From Bigelowiella natans CCMP2755 (Eukaryota; Protista; Cercozoa), in NCBI GenBank assembly GCA_000320545.1, contig ADNK01001243.1, positions 1-64,000 on the forward strand: DNA of 64,000 bases, read 5' to 3'. The notes below the pieces were generated by a model. The model made no database searches, was not told the DNA's origin, and saw nothing but the letters and a program-made list of their open reading frames with translations. The first letter of the stretch is position 1. Each line of letters starts with the position of its first letter. The translations under genes and the position numbers were made by a program. This document shows positions 1 to 11,807 of the stretch, piece after piece.

Positions 1-69
1 GTTATATGTACGTGTCTTGAGATATACGCATGTGCTACCATTTCGTGGTTGCTGAATATGGGTTCTCAC

Positions 70-101
<32 letters not shown>

Positions 102-139
102 CTTCCTTAACGTTATCTCCAATTCATCAATTTAACAGC

Positions 140-258
140 AAGTGGTTCGTTGATAATGGAGCAAAAGGAGGCGGAGAGCCGAGTCAACTCGCCTCCTCGG
201 CCACGCATCGTCGAGGGAGTAGAACAGTTCTGTTTCTAATTAATCACCGTGCCAAACG

Positions 259-293
<35 letters not shown>

Positions 294-1257
294 TTGTCTT
301 TGTCCGTGTATTTCGGGCAATATATGATAGCGTGTCTTTTTCCCACAGATATCAGGCTCGTATAGCACCAGGCGCACGATTTCCACACTTTTGGGTCACG
401 ACAGGATTCCCAGATGTTACTACTGTTGATCAGGCAGCAGCTGCTACTGCTTCTTCATCATTATCATCATCCTCGTCGTCATCATCATCGTCATCATCAT
501 CTTTCACGTATGTGCTACGTGCATAATATCTATGACTTACGAAGAATTAAGATCTTCTTTCCTTCGGTTCCTTTCGAAACAAGAAAGTCGAGCAGATACA
601 GCGATGATGTCGTGGGCCTTAAGGCATCGATATCAATCACTTGTGAAAATCAACTGCTGACTCTAATCGCAATAATACGAATTTACGACTCTTCCCATCG
701 GATGTTTGTGTTGTAAGTAGAGGAAGGAAATATATTTATTCAGATATACTCACTTCTGCATAATTTTCATCCTCCTTCTCCCCCTCCTCCTCCTCCTCCT
801 CCTCAATCTCTTCATATTTTGTCGCAGGTCCTCGTCTCCGTCCATATTGTCATCATCGCTGGACCTCATAGCTCAGCTTTCTATGGGGCGTGGTGGGGAG
901 GAGGAAGGGAAGAAGCAGCAGGATGATAGTTGTGTGTTATCCCCTCCAAGCTGGGTGCTGCTTGTTGATGCAACTACTGGGGAACAGAAAGGTGATAGTG
1001 AGATCAATAATTAAATATATTGTTATCAATCTCACGTATGGTTATGATCGAATGATCGATATCTCATCATCATTATCATCACTATCTTAACTCCTCCTCC
1101 TCTTTCTCCTCCCCTCCAAATCGTACAGCTGATTTGCAAATCGGCACCCCCCCCTCAGCTGCTCATCGGCTGGCATCACAGGGTTGTGCAGTTGTATTTG
1201 TTCATCGAATGCCAACCCCACTGAACGACGGCCAGGAAGCTTTACCACCACTACCAC

Positions 1258-1294
<37 letters not shown>

Positions 1295-1829
1295 CTTCAT
1301 GATTCCTAGTGGCATTGAGGCATGGCTTAAAATGAGCAGCAGTGCTGCCTGTGATGCCGATGACCGTTTCAAGTACTGGAAAGCGAATTCTTGCCGCGAT
1401 GTGTGGGACGTGGAAAGTCACTGGAATGCGCTTGTTCGTCGAGCAAAAGGACACCAAGGCGAAGAAAGGGCAATTCTGCGTAATAATCATAATAAGCACA
1501 CAAACACACACTAGGGATACAACCAGTTAGAAATATAGCACATGCAGGGTAGCTGCTGTCAGTAGTCTACTTGAGCAAATATGAAGAGGCCGCAATGAAT
1601 ATGAAGAGGCCACACTGTCTCTTACATGTTTAGTCACCCATATATACATGTCTAGTAGACCTCTTTAGCATTCAGCTCATACGGTAGCTTTCTGCGACGC
1701 AATTATGATACACAGGTGCTCGTCAGGCCTGATTCTATAGTTGCGTGGTGCGGTTCAAGTGGACTGGAAAGGGCGTCTACAGCTCTAAAGCACCTTATTA
1801 CCGGGAGAATAGAAGATAGAAGACCCTAA
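140..1829 (+). CDS. 3' part of a multi-exon FAD-dependent aromatic-ring monooxygenase (gene begins before the window)
   Basis: Exon peptides RYQARIAPGARFPHFWV (~348-405) and last exon 1716-1829 VLVRPDSIVAWC...RRP*. These match the PGxRxPHxW and VLVRPDGxVAW motifs of the C-terminal domain of phenol/aromatic hydroxylases. Exon boundaries only partly resolved. Confidence 0.7.
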
Positions 1830-2656
1830 GCCTTATTACTGCAGCAATAAATGCTCAACGTGCTTGCACCGCGATGTAACCTCTTGGACGTATGTATGAA
1901 ATTTTTTATGAATTACAGTTAATAAGAAGTGAAATTTATTTATATCACGATAAACATTGTATGCATGCGCTCGCATGCAGCTAGGTACCAGCGAGCACTT
2001 CAATCTCAGCCGCTACAGCTAGACAGGCCTGCTAGTTTGTAATATATCCAGCTAGCGCTGGCTAGCTGGCATCGCATGCGTCTGGATATAGCGTACATGC
2101 ATCTACTACTCATAACGCAAGCAGCATCGTGGCACAGAATCACTGCGGGGAGCATCTAGAGTACCATTACGTAAACATCTAGACATGCGTGTGCGCGTGT
2201 ACAGTACGATACATGTGACACGATATGCTACTATTACAGGCGTTAGTTTGCCAAAATACAGCTAGTTTGCTATGCATCGGTATTGCTCCCAATGTAGCGC
2301 AAGGCAAGCTGCAGTGCAATTGCTGACTTTGTGTTGATGTGCAGTCACACCATAAGATATATAAACACGCGATTTTTATGATTTAGAACTAACTTTGGCA
2401 ATGTACCAAAGTTGAGGGCATTGACGCCCGTGTACACACAATTGTGTCAAACAAGGAGGGAAAAATGACAATTCGAGATGAATTAGGCTTTAAAATACGC
2501 TCAATGAGCACTAGGAAATACATCATCATGCTGCAAGTTGATCCGAGGTTTCACAGCTGTTGTCAATAACAACACTAGCAACCATTATTCTTCCTTTCAT
2601 ATTTTATCTCTACTACGACCAGGCTCGTACCACAACTTGAGAGATAATGCGTCATG

Positions 2657-2659
<3 letters not shown>

Positions 2660-2692
<33 letters not shown>
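2660..2692. repeat. (TA)n microsatellite
   Basis: Uninterrupted TA run; a similar one lies at ~11548-11571. Confidence 0.95.
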
Positions 2693-2696
<4 letters not shown>

Positions 2697-2970
2697 CTGC
2701 GATAACCTCACGCGTTGTTGCGATATACATATACACATACATATATACGATTACATGCAAACATAGTTGCTACTACAAATTGATGACTGCTTGTATTTGC
2801 TACTGCACAACACGTAGGACAGAGCGTCCGTCCTAACCTGCAAGTATAAAAAAATATAGAGAATCAACCAGATTGTTAGACAGAGAAACCAGTGACTTTG
2901 AAATGACATTGATAGCATAGTTAAAAATGGGATGGTAATTACAACTACTTACCGAGTCCATCTATATTGA

Positions 2971-4550
2971 TTACGAGAGATTCTTTCCAGATTTGCTTCC
3001 GTTCGAGGAATGCTGAATCAGCACAAAAATTGGGATCACAATACCAATTATAAACAGAACTCGTTTTCTATGGGAATATGTGCATGGTTGTGTGTAGGTT
3101 CGTACATGATGCGTCCGGCCGTGAGTGGAAGCTATTTCATGTTTTGGGGGGCTGTTTTTCCAGAAGAGTACAGATGATAGGTTATCCTCCAAGACCACGT
3201 CCTCATCGCTGCGGACATTATTCGGGAACGCTTCCTTAGTAGTTCTCAGGTTGTTCGTCTTTTGGTGCTGCTGCTTTGCCTTTGTCGGAACTGGCTGTGT
3301 TGGGAGGGGGGCTAATCCAGGAACAAGGATCGTTGGCACAAAAGTCGGTGCGGGAGTAGGAGGGCCGGGGGTGGGTTTATCCGTTGGCGGCATTGTTGGC
3401 TTCCGTGTTGGCGCGTTGGTGGGCGGCTTAGTTGGCTTTTGAGTCTGTACACATATCAAGCAGATGAAACACAAAGGTACTGACCTTATCAGAATCTTGA
3501 TTTTCCATCACTAAATCTATCAAGTCTATGGAATGCAACGTTTGATATCAGTCCATCTACCCTTACCGGAGGCATTGTAGGTTTGGGGGTAGGGGCATTT
3601 GTAGGGACTTTTGTTGGCTTTGGACTTGGCGGCGAAGTCGGAGACAATGGATCCCCAGCCTTGAAAGTGAGCACTGAGCTCAAGTATGACGGGGGGGGAA
3701 TCGTCGGTGGCAAGGTAGGAACGGGTGTTGGGGGCGGTGTTGGGACGGTTGGGTCCACAGGGGCAGCAGGAGCAGCTGGAGGAACTTGAGCAGGCGGTGT
3801 GCCAGGAGATGCAGCTCCATTAGCTGGGGTCGGCGTCTTGGATTCTGGCGCGGCTGCTTCCTGAACCTTTTTTGGGTGCTCCTTCTTATGGTGCTTGATT
3901 GGTTTCTTTGCCGCATCTTTATGATGTTGTGTTGTGGCTGGTGGTGTGATTGTTGCATTTGTGTCCACGCGGTGAACAGTAGGCATTCGTGTTGGAGCAG
4001 GTGTGGGTGCTGTTGCACCAGTACCACCCTTAAAGAATATTGAACTGTCTAGCCGACGACCATAGCCTTCGGCTTTCGGTTCGCTGACCTGAGATGTGTT
4101 GTGTTAAGAGTTAAGATTCATCGATACCAAATACGAAAAAAAATCTTTGATAATGTAGGATTAAAGGAAACTTGAGCTACCGCTAAAAGTTGTGGCTCCG
4201 GATTTGAAGTTTGGGAGCCTCCCAAAGAAGAAGAAACACAGAAGAAAGTTAACAGCCCCTAATAATTGTAATTAAGATGATTTCGATTATTTGGTTCAGA
4301 TTTCGTATTGAAGTGTTTTCTTTCATAGTTTTAAAGTCGATATCGTTATTTACAAGCTCCCTATTCAAATGCATTAAAAGAATAAAAGACTAACCACGAC
4401 TGTAGCTGCAAGGATTTTGCCCCTTTTCGTTTTGAGATGCAACACCCTTGATGACCTATTCGAATTCTCCTCCGAAAATGCTTCAGTAGTCCGTTCACTC
4501 TTGAGGCCGTTTATGCTCCCATACGTAGGGGCAGACTTAGCCGTCGACAT
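2971..4550 (-). CDS. Multi-exon Pro/Thr-rich (PTxKPT repeat) mucin-like type II membrane protein
   Basis: ATG at 4550 (MSTAKSAPTYGS...), hydrophobic stretch ILAATVVVSLLFF, then exons with PTKPPTNAPTRKPT repeats (ORFs 3489-3986 and 2971-3474). 3' end uncertain. Confidence 0.6.
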
Positions 4551-6089
4551 CGTTGCTGTGTCCAGGTAGAGGGGAGGAGGGTGCCTCACAGGAAACAAAA
4601 GAAAAGGTTGCAGATTCTAAGAATTAAAAAGTTGCATTTTCCTCACCTTAAATGAAAAGATTGCAAGGTATTTCAACCGTACTAGCACTTATCACAGCCC
4701 TAAATTGGAGCGAACCGCCGTAGATGGATTTGGGCCGTTTGAGAAATCCGAATAAATAATGTTTAAAAAAAAAGCATGAAATTGCGTGATACGGCAGCCA
4801 AAAGCCTATGTCGCAACCTAGACTTTCAGTAGATAATTTCAGACTTAAATGCTTTCCGAATAGATAATTTCTGTAGGAAGAATATTGAAGATTTTCTTCA
4901 AAAAAGGCTTCATATGGCAAAAGATGCTTGACTTTCTAGGCAATATTTTTGAATTCGTTCATTTTTTTGTGACGGCTGCCAGAGTGGAATAGGGCCTGTT
5001 GGGAAAGAGAATAGAGAAAAGGTGCAAAATGCTCAGAACTCTGTAAATGAATGCCAAGTTTCAAACCGATAGAAAAGTTGGTTTGCATGTGAAAAAGGAG
5101 AAAACTCGTATGTTTTCTGGTAAAAAGTGTATTCCGACATGGTCTTATGCCCAAGTTTCCCTCAAATAAAATGTGTTAAATGTACATTCTTGTTTCAGTA
5201 ACTCTGGAAGTACTTGAACAAAACCAAAACAATTTCCGTAAATTCATTCCGAAAAAACATATTTACACAGAGATAACGGCAAATCTCCATTCTGTCGATA
5301 CTTTCGGGCAATTTCTAAGTCTGAACATCTCCAACGGGTACCCCTAAGATTCCTAAGATTGTGTTCTGTGCGACGCAAGAGCTCGAGCGGAGATTTAGAA
5401 GTTGTTTCTCAAGAATCTCGGAATGCCTTTTTTGTCGTTCGCACATTTCTTGAAATGAATTGCTTTTTTCTGGAACGACAAGATTGTTGCCGGGGGAATG
5501 ATGGGGATGAGGATCTGATGATCAGGAACATTGATTGAGTGTGAGCACGAATCTTGAAACTTGAATCTTGATCCTTTGCTCATTCTGGCATTGCTCATTC
5601 ATTCATTCAGGCGGCGGATGCGAAACGAAAAATGGATCGCAGGACGCACGTCTGGACGTTGCACCTGCTGGCCTGCAGTGCAAACTCTTCACTCTCCTTG
5701 CTAGCTTGGTGGTCAGTCAGCAGTCACGTTCGACGAAATCAATTTTTGTCTGGCAGACAAAAAATCACGTTGTCCACAGTGATTTTTGCAACGACACAGC
5801 TGGACAGTGTGCAAGCATCACGTTGTCTCCAGTTCTTGTGCAGTCCTAGCTGAAGAAGCAGTCGCACACCTTGACGTGTTGCACGTTCTGGCGTTCTTGG
5901 GTTGGTGGGATCGAGTTGAGTTCGACCAACCGCGAGTGCTGGAGTGCAGGTGCAGTGAGCTCACGCACGCACGGTGCACGGCGTGGTTTGACAGTGGCAG
6001 CCGTGCTGGCGTGGGCGGCGACAGACGGCTGGACGTGCCATGTCAGCGATCAAGTGAAAACATCAGGAGCACGCTGTGTGCGCATGCAT

Positions 6090-6162
6090 GTTCTTTTTGT
6101 GCTTTCTTCCCTTTTTGGGTGTCTGGTGCTTGTTGTTGCCACGCGCGCTGCGCGTGATCATC
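6090..6162. repeat. 3' terminal direct repeat of the LINE (copy of the ORF1 start)
   Basis: 73/73 nt identical to 11060-11132. Confidence 0.95.
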
Positions 6163-6237
6163 TGATTGATCACGAATGCAGCTCTATGGAGCTAGACAGC
6201 CATGCTGTGTGATGTGTGAGACGGATGTGATGAAGAA

Positions 6238-9200
6238 TCAAATTTTTTCAATGGTCATCCTGATGTAGCTGTGCAATGCAGCGGCCACAGCGCCAATGTT
6301 GCATCTGTTGGTTTCTGCCACAATGTGTTTCATGCATTTGAAAGCGTCCTCATGCGACCGATGTTGCCGCGCACTGCGCGCAGCAGTTCTGGATTCAATT
6401 TCAGCCTTTGTCAACCGGTTCGTGTCGTCGTTGCGATTCATGATCGCGCGCATTTGATTGCGCAATCTGATTTGTTCTCGACCATGCATTGGACATTGCA
6501 GGAGATGATCCATGTCCTTCAGGATGCCACATGCATCGCACGTGGCATCTTCCTCTGTGCATTGTCCACGTGACAGCATGAATTTGCCAAGATTGCCGAC
6601 ACCACAGATGGCGCGCATCCATGATGTAGCAACACTTGGAAGTTTCAGTTTGATGCCGGTGATCGAAGATGACGGGAGGAAACCAAGATTCTTGAGATGC
6701 ACAGCGCGCAATGAATCATTGGACCATTCCTCTTCGAATTCGTTGAAAGCACAAGATTTCATCACCTTGTGATGTTTTTTCAGTTCTTTTTTCAGCGCCT
6801 CTGTTGTCGCCAAAACGGTGGGCAATTCGTCACCTAACAAGTCGTCAGTGATCGATTTGAGCCGTCGAAACAAGGATGCTTTGTTCCACGTGTGTGTGGC
6901 CACATCAATCCACGATGTGCCATCCAACATTTTTCGATTTTCAATGATGAAGCCATAACTGCTCCAATCATTTATTCCCTCATGGATTTGAGGACCGCTG
7001 CCTGTGTCGATCCATGCGTTAGTGCGTAACCATGATTTAGCACACTGCACTTTAGTTTGATATCGGGGTGGCAACGTGCCAGTGAGGACGTGGGGGACGT
7101 CGTTGGAGATGGATCCAGGTAATCCCAATATACGTTTCAGGGTTTGGGATTCCATGGAATCCATCTGTTTTATTCGTATGTTTCTTCGTGATCTCCATAT
7201 TGGAGCAGCGTATCTGCTGGATGCAAGGAACCATGATTTGTAAAATTTCAGTCTGACGTTTAGCGGTACAAGGTGTCTGGAATAACACAACCTTAACAAA
7301 AACCTTCGCTTCTTTTGCAATCTCAGGTGAGAAGCAAGAGCATGTTTTTCAAAGGTTAATTTGTTGTCGAAGATTAGTCCGAGACATCTGCCGCTGTCGA
7401 CTCTTTTTATTTTTCCTTGGAGATTGAGAGAGATGTTCCAGGAGGTTTGGTGTCGGTGGGCTTTATTTCTTTTGTCAATTATAAGGTACCCGCTCTTGTC
7501 CCCATTGAATCGCATCCGCCATTTCATGCACCAGTCCGTCATTTGGTTTAGGTCGGCCTGGATATCATCTTGCATTTTCCCCCATCGGTTTGGCGAAAAC
7601 AATTTGTAGGGGGTAACGTCGTCACAGTATATTTGGAAATCTGTGTTGGTAATATGTTCGTAAATGTCGTAATAGGTTATGAAAAGGAAACAGCTGAGAG
7701 ATGATCCTTCGGGGACGCCGCTCCCAAGGTTCATGTGCTCAGAGAGAGTATTGCCAAATCTGAATCTGGCGGTACGATCTCTGAGCCAGTCGTCGATCCA
7801 CAGCAATAGCGAGCCTCGTATTCCGTATTTGTCATGTAACTTGCGTATCATGCCGGAATGCCAGGCTTTTGGATAAGCTTTAGAGGCATCTGTAAACAAC
7901 AGGATGGCTGCAAGCTTTTTGTTATATACTCCATCCTCGATTGACTGCGTCATCTTTGTGAGTGCAGTTTCGCAGGATCGATTTTTCATGAATGCATACT
8001 GATGTATGCTAATGTTTTTGGGGGGTATAGCTTCGCGGAGCCGTTGTTCTATTAGTTTGTCTTCTATTTTTGAAGCTATTTGTAGGAGAGAAATCGTTCT
8101 CCCGTTGAGAGGGGTGTTAAGTTCTTTGTTGGCCTTAGGGATGAGACAAAAAATGGCCGCCTTACGTGAGCCATCTCGGGTACCCCATCTATATGACATG
8201 TTGAATGTAGCTAACCACAGTTGATGGAGTTTCTTGCTTTTTTTCAACATGTTTAGGTGAACACCATCATCGCCAGGAGACTTGTACGGTGATGCTTTGT
8301 TGATCACGTTTCTTAGTTCATGCATAGAAAAATCTCTGTTGTATGAATTAACACTGTGGATCTTTTTGTCTTCATTTTTCCTGAAGGTATTTCTCCAGGC
8401 CTCAGTTTCAGCGTGAAAGGTTCGATTTTTCTTGTCTGACGGGTGTGGTTTGTAGATATGTTTCCATTTGGCAACACACACTTCACATTTTTTTTCTTCA
8501 GAGGTTTCGCCATCGAGTCCTCCGAATTTATCCCGCCCTCTGGATTTTTGGAATAATTTGTACAGCATTCTGGTATGATTCCCATTGTTGTATTTTTCGA
8601 AGCGAGACAAGAATAATTGCCATGCTTCGTACTGAAGGGTTTCGGTGGTTCGTTCAAGTTCGGCGTTGATTTCTTGGATCTTGGTTTCTAATAATTTTCT
8701 CTTCCGAAATTTCCTTTCGTGTTTCAAGGATCTAAATAATTTTTCTTGTTGATCTTTGATGGATTTATATTTTTTGTCGTTTTGGTATGGCTTGATTGGA
8801 CTCCAACGTTGTCGTTTTTTTGGTGTGCAGCTATTAAAAGCTTTTCCGGTAAAGTCCCAGAACCAGCGTTCAAGCTTTTTTGCATCAGCCTCCGATTGAA
8901 CGTTTAGTATGCGCTGGTGCAAGCGTTCGGTAATATTATTCAATTTTTCGTCAAATCGTTTTACATCGAATTTGTCGATGTCATATATCATTGGTGAAGT
9001 CTGTTGATGGATTGCCACAGGTTTTCCAAAGTGGATACCGAAATGGTCACTTGTCGTGGTGTTGGCCATCTGATATTCTATTTGGTGTGCGAAGTTTGAG
9101 GAGCACAGCACATGATCAAGTGTGCTTGTGTTTCCTTTTCTGAAATATGTGGCTTCCCCAGGGTTGACCATCATGATGTTGTTATCCGACAACCACTGGT

Positions 9201-9732
9201 GTAGGTATCTGCCACGTCTATCTTCTTGGTTTCGGACATCGTAGGTGGAGTGTTTAGCATTAGTGTCCCCCACGATGATGTATTTTTTCCATTTCTGTTT
9301 CCGAATGATGTTCATTATGAAATCTAATCTCTCTTTCAGATGTGAGATGTTTTGGTGTGGCTGGAGGTACACCATTATGACAGCATATTTTTCAATGCTG
9401 TGTATGAAAAAACTAATATCGTAATTGTTATCATCTATAGGTATATGAATTATATCTGTGTTCTTTTTTCTTAATCCAAAGCTCCCAGAGGAGCCGCTCG
9501 TCCGAATCACTTCGTATCCCGCTGGAGGATGCAGCCTCTCCGATTCTTTGAGGCGGCCTTCCCCAAACCAGGCGAGTTCGATGTTGTTGGTGGTTATCAT
9601 TTCTTTTAACATATTATATCTTCTATTTATTCTTTGCCTGCCTTGTTCAGTTCCGTTTTTACTGCGTATGTTTTGGTAGTAGTAGGGGAGATTCAAATGA
9701 TTAACCATATTTACGTGTCCTTCTGTTTTCAT
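6238..9732 (-). CDS. LINE ORF2: AP-like endonuclease, reverse transcriptase, C-terminal CCHC finger
   Basis: APE motifs IIVGDTNAKH, STLDHVL, SDH; RT motifs SPGDDG, RTISLL, QYAF, DASKAY, GVPEGSSLS, YCDD, CLG; C-terminal CDACG..DHLLQC; 1164 aa open. Confidence 0.95.
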   Translation of the reverse strand: MKTEGHVNMVNHLNLPYYYQNIRSKNGTEQGRQRINRRYNMLKEMITTNNIELAWFGEGRLKESERLHPPAGYEVIRTSGSSGSFGLRKKNTDIIHIPIDDNNYDISFFIHSIEKYAVIMVYLQPHQNISHLKERLDFIMNIIRKQKWKKYIIVGDTNAKHSTYDVRNQEDRRGRYLHQWLSDNNIMMVNPGEATYFRKGNTSTLDHVLCSSNFAHQIEYQMANTTTSDHFGIHFGKPVAIHQQTSPMIYDIDKFDVKRFDEKLNNITERLHQRILNVQSEADAKKLERWFWDFTGKAFNSCTPKKRQRWSPIKPYQNDKKYKSIKDQQEKLFRSLKHERKFRKRKLLETKIQEINAELERTTETLQYEAWQLFLSRFEKYNNGNHTRMLYKLFQKSRGRDKFGGLDGETSEEKKCEVCVAKWKHIYKPHPSDKKNRTFHAETEAWRNTFRKNEDKKIHSVNSYNRDFSMHELRNVINKASPYKSPGDDGVHLNMLKKSKKLHQLWLATFNMSYRWGTRDGSRKAAIFCLIPKANKELNTPLNGRTISLLQIASKIEDKLIEQRLREAIPPKNISIHQYAFMKNRSCETALTKMTQSIEDGVYNKKLAAILLFTDASKAYPKAWHSGMIRKLHDKYGIRGSLLLWIDDWLRDRTARFRFGNTLSEHMNLGSGVPEGSSLSCFLFITYYDIYEHITNTDFQIYCDDVTPYKLFSPNRWGKMQDDIQADLNQMTDWCMKWRMRFNGDKSGYLIIDKRNKAHRHQTSWNISLNLQGKIKRVDSGRCLGLIFDNKLTFEKHALASHLRLQKKRRFLLRLCYSRHLVPLNVRLKFYKSWFLASSRYAAPIWRSRRNIRIKQMDSMESQTLKRILGLPGSISNDVPHVLTGTLPPRYQTKVQCAKSWLRTNAWIDTGSGPQIHEGINDWSSYGFIIENRKMLDGTSWIDVATHTWNKASLFRRLKSITDDLLGDELPTVLATTEALKKELKKHHKVMKSCAFNEFEEEWSNDSLRAVHLKNLGFLPSSSITGIKLKLPSVATSWMRAICGVGNLGKFMLSRGQCTEEDATCDACGILKDMDHLLQCPMHGREQIRLRNQMRAIMNRNDDTNRLTKAEIESRTAARSARQHRSHEDAFKCMKHIVAETNRCNIGAVAAALHSYIRMTIEKI

Positions 9733-11131
9733 ATGCCCTGAATCGTAGGTAGCTGCCCTGATATGTGATTTGTGAATTCAGCAGTTTGGTGGCCTCTTCA
9801 TGCGAGTGCACAAACAGCTGAAGTAGAGGGCCCTTGCCGAGAGGTTCTATTGCTGCGACTTTTACATCGATGTTGGTTTCGATTATCTGCTTGATGATTC
9901 CAATTCGTGTTGATTTTTCCTGCTCGTTAGGTCCCAGCCTTGGGCCTCTCAGAACTACAGAGTGCTTACTTGGCCTTGACTTAGCTGCTCTGACTGTGGT
10001 CACTAATCCAAAGAGTGAGGGAAGGAATGATCCTTGTCCTAACTGATGTTCGGTGTTAAGCAGATCCAGGTAAGCATCCATCTTAGATTCTCTGGAGCCT
10101 TTGAAGAACACTTTTAGGTGGGTTTTATTCCTAGATTTGAATTGGATTCCTTGAAAGTCCTTCCCATATTTCGCTTGGAAAGCTACGTGCATTTGGAATT
10201 CGTTCAATCCTAGTGCATCGATCAACTTTGGAGTTATTTTGGACAGGTTTTTCCCAATATCTGGAACATCTTTTTTTTCACTGGATGGGTTCAAATCCTC
10301 TACGTTCTTTCCGGCTAGGCATTTAGTCTCTTCTTCCTCGGTGTTAACTTCTGTCAGTGTGTCGCGGTTTTCATCCCTCGGATCTGCTGTGTTTGTTTCC
10401 TCACTTGTTGGTTCGTTGGCATGTTTTTTTTTGCCAGTGAGAACAGTGCGACATGGGTCGCCGGAGGCCATAATGGCGCCCCCCGCTTGCAGCATGGCTT
10501 TTTTGTCAAGTTCCAATATGAGCACGTTCTGTTTATACTTCCGGTTGTATTTCCTTTGATTCCTGGCGTGACTTTTTGGAACTTGCCAACTCTGGCTATT
10601 CTTTCGCTCAGCTAGTCTTTGTACTTCTGCTTCAGGATATTTATCTCGACCATGAGGTTCATCAGCGCGTGATGAGGTTGTGACACTAGCGTAAGTTCTC
10701 GAGGTCCGTTGCATCGAGGAGGGTTGAGCTTCCATTGTGCCATTCTTCTGATGTTCCTTGATATAAGTCAGTTCTTCTTCAAGTTTCAGTAATTTGTTTT
10801 TAAGCCCAGCGTTTTCCTCCTGCATGTCTTTTTGATCTTGCTGCAATTGTTGTTGTTTCTCATCAACTAACTGGACCATTGTGGTCAGCATTTCACACAA
10901 TTTTTTCATTGTGTTCCACTGAGGAGTTTCTTTGCGTTCCATTGTTGCAGACAGTGTTGAAGTAACTTCGCGAAGGCATTGAGACAGATCATGACTTTTC
11001 CTATCAGAGCCACAGTCGTCATCATTGCATTCTGAATCGAGATCCAACGTTGCGTGTTGGTTCTTTTTGTGCTTTCTTCCCTTTTTGGGTGTCTGGTGCT
11101 TGTTGTTGCCACGCGCGCTGCGCGTGATCAT
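9701..11131 (-). CDS. LINE ORF1 (coiled-coil, putative nucleic-acid-binding protein)
   Basis: Intronless ~476-aa ORF directly upstream of ORF2 and overlapping it by 32 nt; coiled coil followed by RTYASV, as is common in ORF1 proteins; first ATG at 11131. Confidence 0.85.
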   Translation of the reverse strand: MITRSARGNNKHQTPKKGRKHKKNQHATLDLDSECNDDDCGSDRKSHDLSQCLREVTSTLSATMERKETPQWNTMKKLCEMLTTMVQLVDEKQQQLQQDQKDMQEENAGLKNKLLKLEEELTYIKEHQKNGTMEAQPSSMQRTSRTYASVTTSSRADEPHGRDKYPEAEVQRLAERKNSQSWQVPKSHARNQRKYNRKYKQNVLILELDKKAMLQAGGAIMASGDPCRTVLTGKKKHANEPTSEETNTADPRDENRDTLTEVNTEEEETKCLAGKNVEDLNPSSEKKDVPDIGKNLSKITPKLIDALGLNEFQMHVAFQAKYGKDFQGIQFKSRNKTHLKVFFKGSRESKMDAYLDLLNTEHQLGQGSFLPSLFGLVTTVRAAKSRPSKHSVVLRGPRLGPNEQEKSTRIGIIKQIIETNIDVKVAAIEPLGKGPLLQLFVHSHEEATKLLNSQITYQGSYLRFRAYENRRTRKYG

Positions 11132-11132
11132 C
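11060..11132. repeat. 5' terminal direct repeat of the LINE
   Basis: Identical to 6090-6162; encodes MITRSARGNNKHQTPKKGRKHKKN on the minus strand. Confidence 0.95.
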
Positions 11133-11538
11133 ACGGTGGGCAATATTTCACTTGTGCGCGGCTATGAGTCCGTTTGGCATATGTAGTATATAATGGCAGC
11201 ATTACAAAGCTGCATTGCATTATATAGGATGACAGATCGATGAAAAAATTTAACGTTTCATCACATCCGTTTGTGTCTCATATATATAATAACTTTGCTT
11301 TCACGAACATGGAACACATATACTTAGCTGAAACTAAAAAGACTCATTTCAAGCGCTGTAACCACCGCTTTTACACAGCTACATATTAGGATGACTATTG
11401 ACATAATGTAATTTCATCGTCCACTACATCGGTCTCATCATATATAGAAATAATTGTTGCACATAAGCTATGGCCGAGGAACTCAAAGGCGAAAAAAATT
11501 GCGCCTTTTTGAGCACGCATATAAACATGTACATGTAT

Positions 11539-11577
<39 letters not shown>

Positions 11578-11807
11578 TTTTATTCATGCACAGACCAATA
11601 GACCTATATGTTTTATATGTTTTTCTCAATGCAAAGCTCATGCCGTTATTCCGCACGTATATTGATGATGAAGGCCAGAAGTTGTGATTGCTTGAATGTA
11701 TTGAATGATTATCATAGAACACTAGATTGGCAAAGGATTGATTTGGTGTACAATTCTTCATTACTAATGTAAATACAACTAGAATACAAACAATCCAGCA
11801 TCAATGC

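Larger units (their letters stand above)
6090..11132 (-). mobile_element. Non-LTR retrotransposon (LINE, APE type) with two ORFs and 73-bp terminal direct repeats
   Basis: ORF1 followed by an overlapping ORF2 with endonuclease, RT and CCHC motifs. Identical sequence at 6090-6162 and 11060-11132. No poly(A) tail seen. Confidence 0.93.
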
